Under the pieces are notes generated by a model. The model had not been told where the DNA came from and ran no database searches. It was given only the letters and a program-made list of their open reading frames with translations. This document shows positions 19,801 to 26,901 of a stretch of DNA of 64,000 bases, piece by piece. Positions within the stretch are counted from its first letter, which is position 1. Every line of letters starts with the position of its first letter. Both the position numbers and the translations under genes were made by a program. The stretch comes from a virus. Taxonomy: Duplodnaviria > Heunggongvirae > Uroviricota > Caudoviricetes. The stretch is taken from positions 51,595-115,594 of the IMG/VR virus record IMGVR_UViG_3300033405_000002; one strand, given 5' to 3'.

Positions 19801-20072
19801 ACACCATCGGCCCACTTCTCTAACTCTTCAGCGGTTGTGACGAGACGAAAAACTTTCTCACTCATCCAAGGCTTCTTAATGCCTTCGACTGTGATGTCTC
19901 TCAGCTTCTCGCGAAAGACAGTACGCATGTCCCGTGCTGGCTTTACCTTCTTTGGCTTTGGCGGTTTCGGTGCCTTCGGCTCTTTCGGCGCAGCGGCTTT
20001 ACGAGTTCTTTTCGGCTTGGCTGGAACGTCCGGTTGAACCTGAACGTCTGTGATTGGCTGTTCGTCAGACAG
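16836..20072 (-). CDS. polA: DNA polymerase, family A, with 3'-5' exonuclease domain
   Basis: Exo motifs DTETT, YNAKFD, YAAAD; polymerase motifs IDYSNIEVR, RSIAKIINFALQYG, VHDEI; first ATG at 19928 but frame open to a CTG at 20072 with SD. Confidence 0.92.
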   Translation of the reverse strand: MSDEQPITDVQVQPDVPAKPKRTRKAAAPKEPKAPKPPKPKKVKPARDMRTVFREKLRDITVEGIKKPWMSEKVFRLVTTAEELEKWADGVLADTSRYHTFNVSKETCPVIAVDTETTSLDTRIFTDIQQTPEGEWVMVYETGTDIAGVCLSADGIEGLYIPINHEKGTNVPREDVARILQKLFDKSHLVFYNAKFDREVMRITLGINFRPYPHFEDVQVLKYINDPKADLGDTGNYSGDAGGLKALSLNVLGLEQIDIDEVAKVRCHVFNVATQKNSLKMQVVPFTWVPPDIALWYAAADSICTWLLWDCMKDLARSRKLVHRIDHELVDSLAYIERQRYLVDIDRQKRTARWHARETAKLKAALTEMACEAGWTGEFNPSSPKQLQQLLFKLMGFKPFRTNDKSGDPSTDKETLQELVKANPDNKFLLTFQKYRELSALHPDNLQYDQRDNTARLYLKQNVVPGGRLSGSGGTFEKDGGMEWNPQGVAKFEEDDFWRVYGNVLEPDTIPEHEIEEYTEADLDPSCFDQDGKKAPGIIKNHIGQYMDYAICLVPKCTTCANKFGILIPNTSMDANEVCNLRILFRAEDGWTFFTIDYSNIEVRTAANLSGEPELIDIFLKGDGDHHALTARKIFPEYSDPTSKLYKAKSLRSIAKIINFALQYGGTAHAIYKNLVKNDPTITMELCQERVDKYWAGVPVFKGWCEGKQARARDQFVTETATGRIINFKSAMEAEGIHVPTKEERNRLSQYYDWKREAKKAKSEKDEDRAKKYEDAAQRLWKNPETGVRNAMDYNKFIGYIQRVAVNCPVQGLSGDFMRIAINRIKAWINKDPDIQKVFRFHGSVHDEIDISIKNEYVPFILPRLTRLMKLRKYHEKMGWVVPIETDAEYGHSWDVDHNVTDKKDPAGYTFIDGIETYIPDEFDAPTRKNLLRALVSGDQTQIARAKAWMQANLHPRAMESSACLFDTNAKNGWPLTEPKKIKRALVALLQLHEFWTIDHIPDGQDDCLETLAQYEARMDIHARDTKCPEFGFMGAIPLTANVKRPNVPILGDEIIADTGLPPVFQEALDFQPPQVEA

Positions 20073-20120
20073 AAGAGTTATCCCCCATCTGACTTAATAC
20101 TGCGTGACGGGGAAACTAGA

Positions 20121-20196
20121 TGGTGGGTAGTCCGGGAGTCGAACCCGATTCTCTGGGGTTTCAAGCCAGCGCAATGGCCGCACTTGCTCACTACCC
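20121..20196 (-). tRNA. tRNA-Phe(GAA), atypical
   Basis: GGGTAGT/ACTACCC acceptor, TTCGA T-loop, CCA; loop TTGAAAC with C-C mismatch closing the stem; unusual D-loop. Confidence 0.65.
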
Positions 20197-20215
20197 ATCT
20201 TGAATTGTTGGGGAT

Positions 20216-20291
20216 TGGTGGGACGGGCTGGATTCGAACCAGCAACGCGCACCTCTTCAGGGTGCCGCTCTACCATTGGAGCTACCGTCCC
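20216..20291 (-). tRNA. tRNA-Phe(GAA)
   Basis: Canonical cloverleaf, GCACC-CTGAAGA-GGTGC, CCA. Confidence 0.93.
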
Positions 20292-20363
20292 AAGACATGA
20301 GGGACACGCACGGTTAGAGGACCGTGGTGTCCACCGTAAACAAGTCGAGCTGGGACGTAAGCT

Positions 20364-20606
20364 TCATCTTTTTGCTACCTGTCTCTTGCGGCTGCGCACT
20401 TGGCGCTGCCCTTCACTGCACTGACAAGATTCTATCAGCGAATTACATGTACCGCAATAGGATTCCGACACGATGATGCTGTTGTCGTGACCTTCGCGGT
20501 AATACGGATTGCAATTGTACTGCCTGCTGCACGGCTCTAACTTCTCGCCCTTCTGAGTGTCACGGTTAATGACGTTGTTCAGATGGATACACGTTTCGCA
20601 ACCCAA
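20364..20606 (-). CDS. small Cys-rich hypothetical protein
   Basis: TTG start with AGGAG SD; 80 aa. Confidence 0.55.
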   Translation of the reverse strand: MGCETCIHLNNVINRDTQKGEKLEPCSRQYNCNPYYREGHDNSIIVSESYCGTCNSLIESCQCSEGQRQVRSRKRQVAKR

Positions 20607-20619
20607 ATGTTTCTCCTAA

Positions 20620-21177
20620 ACCCATCCGGTTTTTGACGAACCGGAAAAACGTTTACTGCTTTCACTCATACCATCACGAGGTTTAGCTTCCCCCGGCGTC
20701 ATTGACGCGAAACTAATTGAGCGCGTGATCTGCGTATACCCGGTCATAGGAACAGTCAAGCTGTCGTATCCGGCACTACCGATCATCCCGTCTTTAACGT
20801 CAGACGCTCAAACTTTATCCGGTCGGCTGGGGATTCCCGATTCTCCACCCCAACATGACTCTTCTCCCGGCCCTTGCGGTAACCGGGCAACTCGCACCAT
20901 TTGCCGATGCGGTTGCATACCATTGAGTCTAGCCGATCTGCACAAGGTGCTCGAAAGTACACCTACTACCATGCAGTGGGCGTAGCGTCTCTATTTCAGG
21001 CTTTCGCCTGCCGAGTTTCCCCGATGGATCGTGTCTTTTCGCGCCACGACCGGAAACTTATGACCGAGCACATTCCGGTTATCCTAGTATCCCGATACGG
21101 CTTACCACTGGTTGACTAGAACCCTTATCGTGGATGCCTCTAGCGGACCTTACGGTATCCGCCCCCCGCTGCTGCGT
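20620..21177 (-). ncRNA. candidate large structured ncRNA (~560 nt)
   Basis: No credible minus-strand ORF; several GNRA-capped hairpins (GTAA, GAAA, GCAA); CAGTATAA promoter-like motif just upstream; lies within tRNA cluster. Confidence 0.55.
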
Positions 21178-21255
21178 TTTTTATACTGGAGGTAGTCGAT
21201 CAAATCAAATTGATCGGCCGAACCAGTTGAATCACGGGCCACTCGGTCAAACTAA

Positions 21256-21398
21256 TTCGCAGGGAACAAAACCGCACGGCGTTTTTCGTTGCCTGACGCT
21301 CTGCCAACTGAGCTACACCCAGCCTAAGCCGGATGGTGAGATTCGAACTCACGACCTTCTGGTTGAGTAGAAGTATCCGTACAATACACCGCTGCGAA
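21256..21398 (-). ncRNA. yrlA: YrlA-like (bacterial Y RNA) tRNA-mimic RNA
   Basis: Closing stem TTCGCAG/CTGCGAA; GGTGTA..GGATACTTC; T-arm GTGAGTTCGAATCTCAC placed before D-arm TAGCTCAGTTGGCAGAGC; TGTTCC near 3' end. Confidence 0.75.
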
Positions 21399-21474
21399 AG
21401 CCGTTGTGCAAGCCTGCGGTCCCCTCAATGTCGCGCAGTTTGAGTTCAACAAAGGGCGAACACTTGCACAAAAT

Positions 21475-21550
21475 TGGTTGCGGAGGATGGATTTGCACCA
21501 TCGTTAACAGGTTATGAGCCTATTGTATTGTCCTACGCTACTACCCCGCA
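21475..21550 (-). tRNA. tRNA-Met(CAT), divergent, initiator-like acceptor
   Basis: TGCGGGG/CTCCGCA acceptor, CTCATAA loop, CCA; T-loop TGCAAAT is atypical. Confidence 0.65.
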
Positions 21551-21767
21551 ATAAATCTTTGTGGCGCAGTCGGCATACGGACCTCCGAACACTCACGCTT
21601 CCAAAAGCGGCGCTGCGCCACGAAACTTCTGGGAGTCGCTTGGCGACTCCACTCACAAGGCGCTTAGCGCCTCGCTAGAACTTGACATGCGTGTTATGTG
21701 GCTTCAACGCATTACACAAGGTCGCCACGGAGGGTTCCCCCCGCTTCATCACACCCACCCTTGCTTC

Positions 21768-21849
<82 letters not shown>

Positions 21850-21976
21850 TCAACCTAATGATCGGGAGTCACCCCGATGGCTACTTTTCTTGGACTTAAA
21901 GCCATTTGATCGCTTGCGCGACCCTTTTTCGGTCAAAGACATTTTTCACCCGGCTTACGCCGCAAACTTAAAAACT

Positions 21977-22182
21977 CAGAGCCACAGGCAAGCCGCAACC
22001 CCACCACTTTCAGAGCCTTGCAATCTGGCGCAAGCCTAGCTTATATGCGCCCTCAAGCCGGATCGAACTTGCAAGGATGCCAGTGGTTCCGCTGCCTTCC
22101 GTCTAAACCGCAGAGTTATGCACAGTCGGATCATACATCAGTCGGCATTTCTGCCGTCCACCAGCGTCTTTTTGTGGCTCTG
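21977..22182 (-). ncRNA. candidate ~205-nt structured ncRNA
   Basis: 10-bp closing stem CAGAGCCACA/TGTGGCTCTG; nested stems ACCACT/AGTGGT, CCTTGCAA/TTGCAAGG, GGCGCA/TGCGCC; starts just after CAGTATCAT. Confidence 0.5.
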
Positions 22183-22195
22183 TCTTATGATACTG

Positions 22196-22708
22196 CTATT
22201 CTGTTTTTTCTGCCAGCTTTTCAGCGTCGTAACGCTTGTGATCTGCCAGTTCTTCTTCGACCCATCTCCAAACTTCAGGGTCATGTGCGAACTTCTCGCG
22301 GGCTTCATCCAGCGTTAGCTCCCACGTGGGCCACGCTTTATAGAAGTCCTTGTGCTTCCACACCCACTGCAAGCACGGATCGCAAACGTGGCAGTGCCAG
22401 ATCGAATGGATGCTGTCGCCGTAATACTCTTCGAACGTTGACGGCTCTTCATCCCACTCAGCGTCCCATACCCGCTTGATGCTGCGGATGAACTTTGGGA
22501 GCTTGATGTAATCCGTGTAATGACAAACCCAAGTACCGATGTCCCAGAAGAACCACTCCAAAACCACCCAGTACCAGATTGAATCTTCGAGACAGATCAG
22601 AACGCGAACGTCCTTCTCTTCCCACCCACGCATGGCTGTATGCCAGCGCTTAACGCGAAACTGCAACACTGAGCGTACCCACGCCCAGAGCTTAGTGAAT
22701 GACAACAT
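22196..22708 (-). CDS. hypothetical Trp-rich protein
   Basis: GAGG SD before MLSFTKLW; 170 aa. Confidence 0.65.
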   Translation of the reverse strand: MLSFTKLWAWVRSVLQFRVKRWHTAMRGWEEKDVRVLICLEDSIWYWVVLEWFFWDIGTWVCHYTDYIKLPKFIRSIKRVWDAEWDEEPSTFEEYYGDSIHSIWHCHVCDPCLQWVWKHKDFYKAWPTWELTLDEAREKFAHDPEVWRWVEEELADHKRYDAEKLAEKTE

Positions 22709-22760
22709 GTTGTTCCTCCGACCGTCCACACCTTACACGGTATGTACGGTCTTGCTAAGG

Positions 22761-23105
22761 TTAGCCATGTTGTCCTCCATCTTTAGATTTCTTCTCATGC
22801 GGCTCGTGCGTTGGTGGAAACACCCACGCCTTGCACTCGTTGCACCATACGTTCGGATCGAGCACTGAACGCAGGTACATCAAACGCCGCGTTGTATCGT
22901 AATCCCAGCAACCGTGCGGGATCACTTCATTAAGCAATTCACACGCCTGCTCTCGCGCAACCACGTCCATATCGAGATAGCCGTCAGCTTTGCTCATAAT
23001 TGGTCGCAGTCCCCAGATTCTCACTGGCGCTTCAGGATGGTAATGGGCCATCCACGCGGGACGAGCCGGAGCCATTAACTCCGACCCTACAATCCTGAAC
23101 TGCAA
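22761..23105 (-). CDS. hypothetical protein
   Basis: ~105-114 aa ORF; start uncertain. Confidence 0.55.
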   Translation of the reverse strand: MQFRIVGSELMAPARPAWMAHYHPEAPVRIWGLRPIMSKADGYLDMDVVAREQACELLNEVIPHGCWDYDTTRRLMYLRSVLDPNVWCNECKAWVFPPTHEPHEKKSKDGGQHG

Positions 23106-23126
23106 AGTTCATTTTACCACTAAAAC

Positions 23127-23202
23127 TGGTAGCTCCGGGTGGATTCGAACCACCGATCTTTCGGTTATGGGCCGACTGCACTAACCGCTGTGCTACAGAG
23201 CC
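23127..23202 (-). tRNA. tRNA(CAT), Met or Ile2, with C33
   Basis: Cloverleaf; GTCGG-CCCATAA-CCGAA; CCA. Confidence 0.85.
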
Positions 23203-23219
23203 ATGCTACAATAGCTTAC

Positions 23220-23480
23220 ATGAGAGACTGGGTTTTGCACCATCTTCATTTCATGATCGTGGCGGACGCTTTAATTCACGTCATCATAATGCTGTTGTCC
23301 ATCGCCGCGATTGTCACGATGTGCTTCTTAATCAAGGCGGTAAAGTCCCACCCTAACGCTAACCGCACGTCTACAACGCTTGCCTACATCATGCTGGGCA
23401 TTTCTGGCTTCATGAACTACAGCGCTGTCCGCGCCTTCATTTCCTGTGCCGCACAATACCATACGTGGTGGAACAAGTAG
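23220..23480 (+). CDS. small membrane protein (only clear plus-strand gene)
   Basis: TGcTACAAT extended -10 seven nt before ATG (leaderless); two hydrophobic helices. Confidence 0.55.
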   Translation: MRDWVLHHLHFMIVADALIHVIIMLLSIAAIVTMCFLIKAVKSHPNANRTSTTLAYIMLGISGFMNYSAVRAFISCAAQYHTWWNK

Positions 23481-23481
23481 C

Positions 23482-24142
23482 TTACCAGTTGCCTTTCACG
23501 TAATCCGCGTAGCGCCACTTCTTGCCTGTTACGTGATCCGTGACTTGTCCCTGCTTCTCATTGATCGTCCGGCGCTTGTCTCCGCGCTGCCCGGTGCCAA
23601 TCTGTGCTCGCCGCTCAGCGGTTTCCGCGCTTTGCCTGCGCTCCTGATCCGCCGCGCTTAGACGAGCCGTCAAAATTGCTAAGGCCGTCTTACGATTCTG
23701 CCATTGAGACCTTCCGGTCTCGCACCGCACGGCAACCCCCGTTGGCTTGTGCCGAACTCGAACACAGGTCTCAACCTTGTTGACGTTCTGCCCGCCCTTG
23801 CCGCCGCTCCGCATGGTTTCCCACTCCAGATCGCCGGGGTTAATCGAGAACTCCGACTCTTCAGGTTCGTCAAAGACCGCAACGGTAATCGTTGAAGTCT
23901 GGCGTCTGCCGTGTCGTTCCGTGGGTGGGACTCGCTGCCAGCGATGTCCCCCCGCTTCATTCGAGAACGTTTCACGTGCTCCGTTCCCGGTGATCCTTAA
24001 GACTGTCAGCCCAGCGTATTGCTCGGTGACATCAAACTCAAAGACCCCTCCGCGAGGCCAACCTTGCGTAAATCGTTGTCTGGTCTTCAACCAGAAGTCT
24101 TGCGTCTTCGCCGCCCTCAGCGGCTCGAATTTCGATAATCAT
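23482..24142 (-). CDS. class I peptide chain release factor homolog lacking domain 1, expressed via +1 frameshift (~219 aa)
   Basis: Frame 0: [14 protein letters not shown]...RRGL-TGA; +1 frame: [38 protein letters not shown]; junction GGAGG GGT CTT TGA G at 24037-24051. Confidence 0.88.
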
Positions 24143-24153
24143 AACTCTCTCTC

Positions 24154-24405
24154 CTATGGAGTAATCAAAACTTGAAGGGATCGTCCCTTCAGAATCGGCT
24201 TGCCTTTCTTTCCAAGATCAGTAAGCAAGCGATTCAAGATTTCTTCGCCCAGTGCTGGGTGCGTGATTTCACGTCCCCGAAATTGCACCACGGCGAGCAC
24301 CGTGTTTCGTTGTGCTAAGAATCTCTTAGCTTGCCCCATTCTGTAGCTGTAGTCATGGTCACTTATCCTAACGCTGAATTTGACTTCCTTCTGTTTGCCT
24401 GCTAT
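24154..24405 (-). CDS. infC: translation initiation factor IF3 C-terminal domain, ATA start
   Basis: KEVKFSVRISDHDY...RFL...VQFRGREITHPALGEEILNRL...GRSLQVLITP; AAGGAG SD six nt before in-frame ATA. Confidence 0.85.
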   Translation of the reverse strand: MAGKQKEVKFSVRISDHDYSYRMGQAKRFLAQRNTVLAVVQFRGREITHPALGEEILNRLLTDLGKKGKPILKGRSLQVLITP

Positions 24406-24422
24406 GCGTCTCTCCTTAAATT

Positions 24423-24500
<78 letters not shown>

Positions 24501-24501
24501 A

Positions 24502-24906
24502 CTACCACTTAAACTTTTCCGCGAGTATCAAACCCTTCTGTTGCCCGTTCTTCGCCGGAGCGTATCGAAGGATGAAACTCGTTTTGCCGACAAACATTGC
24601 TGGCGGAAACTTACAAACCGCGTCGATCTGCGGTACGTAAACCAAGAGCGCATCCACCTCGTTTGCAGTGTACGTTCGCTCTCGCTTCCTACCCGTCGCC
24701 CAAGTCCTCAAATTCACGATCACACAACCGCTGGACTTTCCTGACTTGCTGGCGTACTTCACCTGTACTCGTTCCAGCGTGCCGTTCATATCCGCGATGT
24801 AATCGTAGCGCGTTTCAATGATCGGTTTACTGAGAACCACGCCAAGCTCTATCGCTCGAAAAGCCACTTTCAGATGCGCGATCTCGGATTTCTGTTGGAT
24901 AGTCAC
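24502..24906 (-). mobile_element. PD-(D/E)XK homing-type endonuclease
   Basis: SEIAHL..RYDYIAD...RVQVK...YTANEVD pattern; sits directly 5' of a tRNA. Confidence 0.75.
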
Positions 24907-24977
24907 CTACCCAGCTTACCACGTCCCCACAGGACGATACTTACGGACGAACAAACCCTTAAACCACGCGATCATCA

Positions 24978-25583
24978 CTACTCCCAATACTGACTGTACT
25001 GCGTCCCAAACTTATCGCTCAACCTCTTCAGGTACGCATACGTCTTGATCTTTGTCATGTAGTCATCACCTTTGGCAACGACCCCTTCGTTCACCGGATA
25101 CAGCCCCATGCGGACATCTTCGATGAACTGACGGTTCAGATTCCCTTTGTAAATCACCTGCGCCGCGTAGGGCAGGTCGCCGAAAACATCCACAAACTCT
25201 TTCGGCTTCATCAAACCTTTCTTGAACAAATACACGTCAAACAGCTTCAGTTCCTTCGGCTCGTCCTGCACATGCACTCCGGCAAAGCTCGAAGGCCCGA
25301 AGAACTCCGTGAACGCCGTGATTCGTTGAATGCCGCGATTACGCCAGTCAGCGTGCTTCACGCGCTCAACAATCTCGTCGCCGATCTCGGCAAACAACGG
25401 TATCGCCTGAGACCACAGTGGATGCCGATGATCGAATAGCTCAGTTCGCGTTCCGAACTTATGCCAGCCTTTCTTCGGTGACCACTCCCAGCGTAGGTTG
25501 CTGCCATCGTATTTGTAGAACGCGATGGTCGGCACCCCTATCGGTGCTTTCTTCGCGCCCGGTATTTCTGGGTAACGTTCCAT
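24978..25583 (-). CDS. minimal RNA ligase-like nucleotidyltransferase
   Basis: FYKYDGSNLR, FTEFFG, LFDV, EGVVAK, KIKT motifs in 201 aa. Confidence 0.7.
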   Translation of the reverse strand: MERYPEIPGAKKAPIGVPTIAFYKYDGSNLRWEWSPKKGWHKFGTRTELFDHRHPLWSQAIPLFAEIGDEIVERVKHADWRNRGIQRITAFTEFFGPSSFAGVHVQDEPKELKLFDVYLFKKGLMKPKEFVDVFGDLPYAAQVIYKGNLNRQFIEDVRMGLYPVNEGVVAKGDDYMTKIKTYAYLKRLSDKFGTQYSQYWE

Positions 25584-25587
25584 AAAC

Positions 25588-25665
25588 TGGTCGCAGCGGT
25601 TGGATTTGAACCAACGATCTTTCGGTTATGGGCCGACTGCACTAACCGGGCTGTGCTACACTGCG
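25588..25665 (-). tRNA. tRNA(CAT) with C33
   Basis: Same anticodon arm as 23127-23202; CCA. Confidence 0.85.
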
Positions 25666-25666
25666 T

Positions 25667-25739
25667 TGGTTGCGGTCGCCGGATTCGAACCGGATTACGA
25701 GGTTATGAGCCTACGTGTGATCCATTTCACTTCCCCGCA
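25667..25739 (-). tRNA. tRNA-Met(CAT), divergent
   Basis: CTCATAA loop, TTCGA T-loop, CCA; imperfect acceptor and anticodon stems. Confidence 0.65.
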
Positions 25740-25827
25740 ACATGTAAAATTCGGCCCTCGGCGTTGCTGACACCGCCCGTACCCAAGCAGGAATCAGACA
25801 ACGGGGTACCCAAGGGCACTCTCAAAC

Positions 25828-25904
25828 TGGTCGGCGATGCAGGATTTGAACCTGCGACCCCCTGCGCCCAAGGCAGGTGCGCTACCAAGCTGCGCTAATC
25901 GCCG
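25828..25904 (-). tRNA. tRNA-Pro(TGG)
   Basis: CCTGC-CTTGGGC-GCAGG; CCA. Confidence 0.93.
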
Positions 25905-26053
25905 ATGTGGGAAGGATGGGCGTTACTCCAGTTTTGACCTCCGTCCAACAACGGAGCCTTCCCTAAAATCTGTCGAAGTCCCTCACGGGCCGCTTCTGCA
26001 CGGGTCAATTCGCTTTCCAGTGGAATTGACAATCACTCACTTGTTACTGATAC

Positions 26054-26130
26054 TGGTCGGGCTGGAGAGATTTGAACTCTCGACCTTTCGTCCCCCAGAC
26101 GAACGCGCTACCAAGCTGCGCTACACACCG
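26054..26130 (-). tRNA. tRNA-Pro(GGG)
   Basis: TTCGT-CTGGGGG-ACGAA; CCA. Confidence 0.9.
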
Positions 26131-26276
26131 AAAATACGGAAGCCCTAGTCGCACGTGATTCCCTTGCGGGCAGCGCCGTGAAGCGCGAATCCGTAACGCA
26201 TACAGATGGTCCGGGCATAACCCTCGGCATCGGCGCACTCCACTCTCCGCGAGTAAGTGCGGGACTTCTCTACAAA

Positions 26277-26354
26277 TGGTCGGGATGACAGGATTTGAAC
26301 CTGCGACCCCCTGTCCCCCAGACAGGTGCGCTAACCAAGCTGCGCTACATCCCG
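26277..26354 (-). tRNA. tRNA-Pro(GGG)
   Basis: CCTGT-CTGGGGG-ACAGG; CCA. Confidence 0.93.
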
Positions 26355-26475
26355 AAAACCCTTGATACAGCTTCACGGCTTGCGCCGCGTGATCCGCTCA
26401 CAGCAGGCCCACGGCGAACCGTGCGCTGTGACAACGACTGCATCTGAGACCACTCAACCACTCGTACATCTAAAC

Positions 26476-26566
26476 TGGGTCAGGATGGAAGGATTTGAAC
26501 CTTCAGGGTCATACTGACACCAGCATCCGAGGCTGGACGGCTACCAAGTTACCGTTCTACACCCTG
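26476..26566 (-). tRNA. tRNA-Pro(CGG) with long variable arm
   Basis: CCAGC-CTCGGAT-GCTGG; variable arm GTCA-GTA-TGAC; 3' end reads ACCCA. Confidence 0.7.
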
Positions 26567-26579
26567 ACAATCAAAATTT

Positions 26580-26667
26580 TGGTCGGGGTGAGAGGACTCG
26601 AACCTCCAGTGATCTTAATCTCCTGTTTCCAAAACAGGTCGGCTACCATCTACCGATTTACACCCCG
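26580..26667 (-). tRNA. tRNA-Pro(TGG) with long variable arm
   Basis: CCTGT-TTTGGAA-ACAGG; variable arm GAT-TAAG-ATC; C1-G72, A73, CCA. Confidence 0.8.
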
Positions 26668-26723
26668 ATTTTACACACTCGCCGGGGCAAGGAAAACTAG
26701 CTTGTTTGTTGGGAAAATTCACT

Positions 26724-26786
26724 AACAAACACGGCCCCGGTGCCTAGCAGCACGGGGTGCAACCGTCTATAGAACGGTGTCCCCGC
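26724..26786 (-). promoter_or_regulatory. putative attenuator (terminator/antiterminator) of the Pro/Met/Phe tRNA operon
   Basis: ACGGTtgcaCCCCGTGC pairs either with upstream GCGGGGacACCGT (in leader ORF) or with downstream GCACcGGGGCCGT, which is followed by GTTTGTT. Confidence 0.6.
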
Positions 26787-26838
26787 GCAACGTAGGGTTG
26801 CACGGTCGAAACATCGTAAATGGTCGCATCGTGTTCAT
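26767..26838 (-). CDS. leader peptide MNTMRPFTMFRPCNPTLRGDTVL
   Basis: 23-codon ORF between promoter and first tRNA-Pro; Met x3, Pro x3 (CCA, CCG, CCT), Phe x2. Confidence 0.65.
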   Translation of the reverse strand: MNTMRPFTMFRPCNPTLRGDTVL

Positions 26839-26863
26839 TTGAAGGTTTTGAACCTCTTCACAT

Positions 26864-26893
26864 AGTATACTGATAAACCAGAAATTTTGTCCA
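26864..26893 (-). promoter_or_regulatory. sigma70-type promoter
   Basis: TGGACA-N18-TATACT; same elements at 34415-34444 and 60800-60829. Confidence 0.75.
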
Positions 26894-26901
26894 GTTATTT
26901 T

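Noticed and set aside
16836-19928. Intein or intron in the DNA polymerase (Cys-containing insert before motif A)
   Set aside because: The frame is continuous and no intein splice motifs (C/S start, HN-C/S/T end) or LAGLIDADG blocks were seen
20121-20196. Reading this tRNA as Ser(TGA)
   Set aside because: That register breaks the anticodon stem and there is no long variable arm; the GAA register pairs better
21977-22182. SRP RNA, tmRNA, RNase P RNA or hammerhead ribozyme
   Set aside because: Only partial GGAAGG-CAGC and CTGATG words are present; the full conserved cores and tmRNA termini are absent
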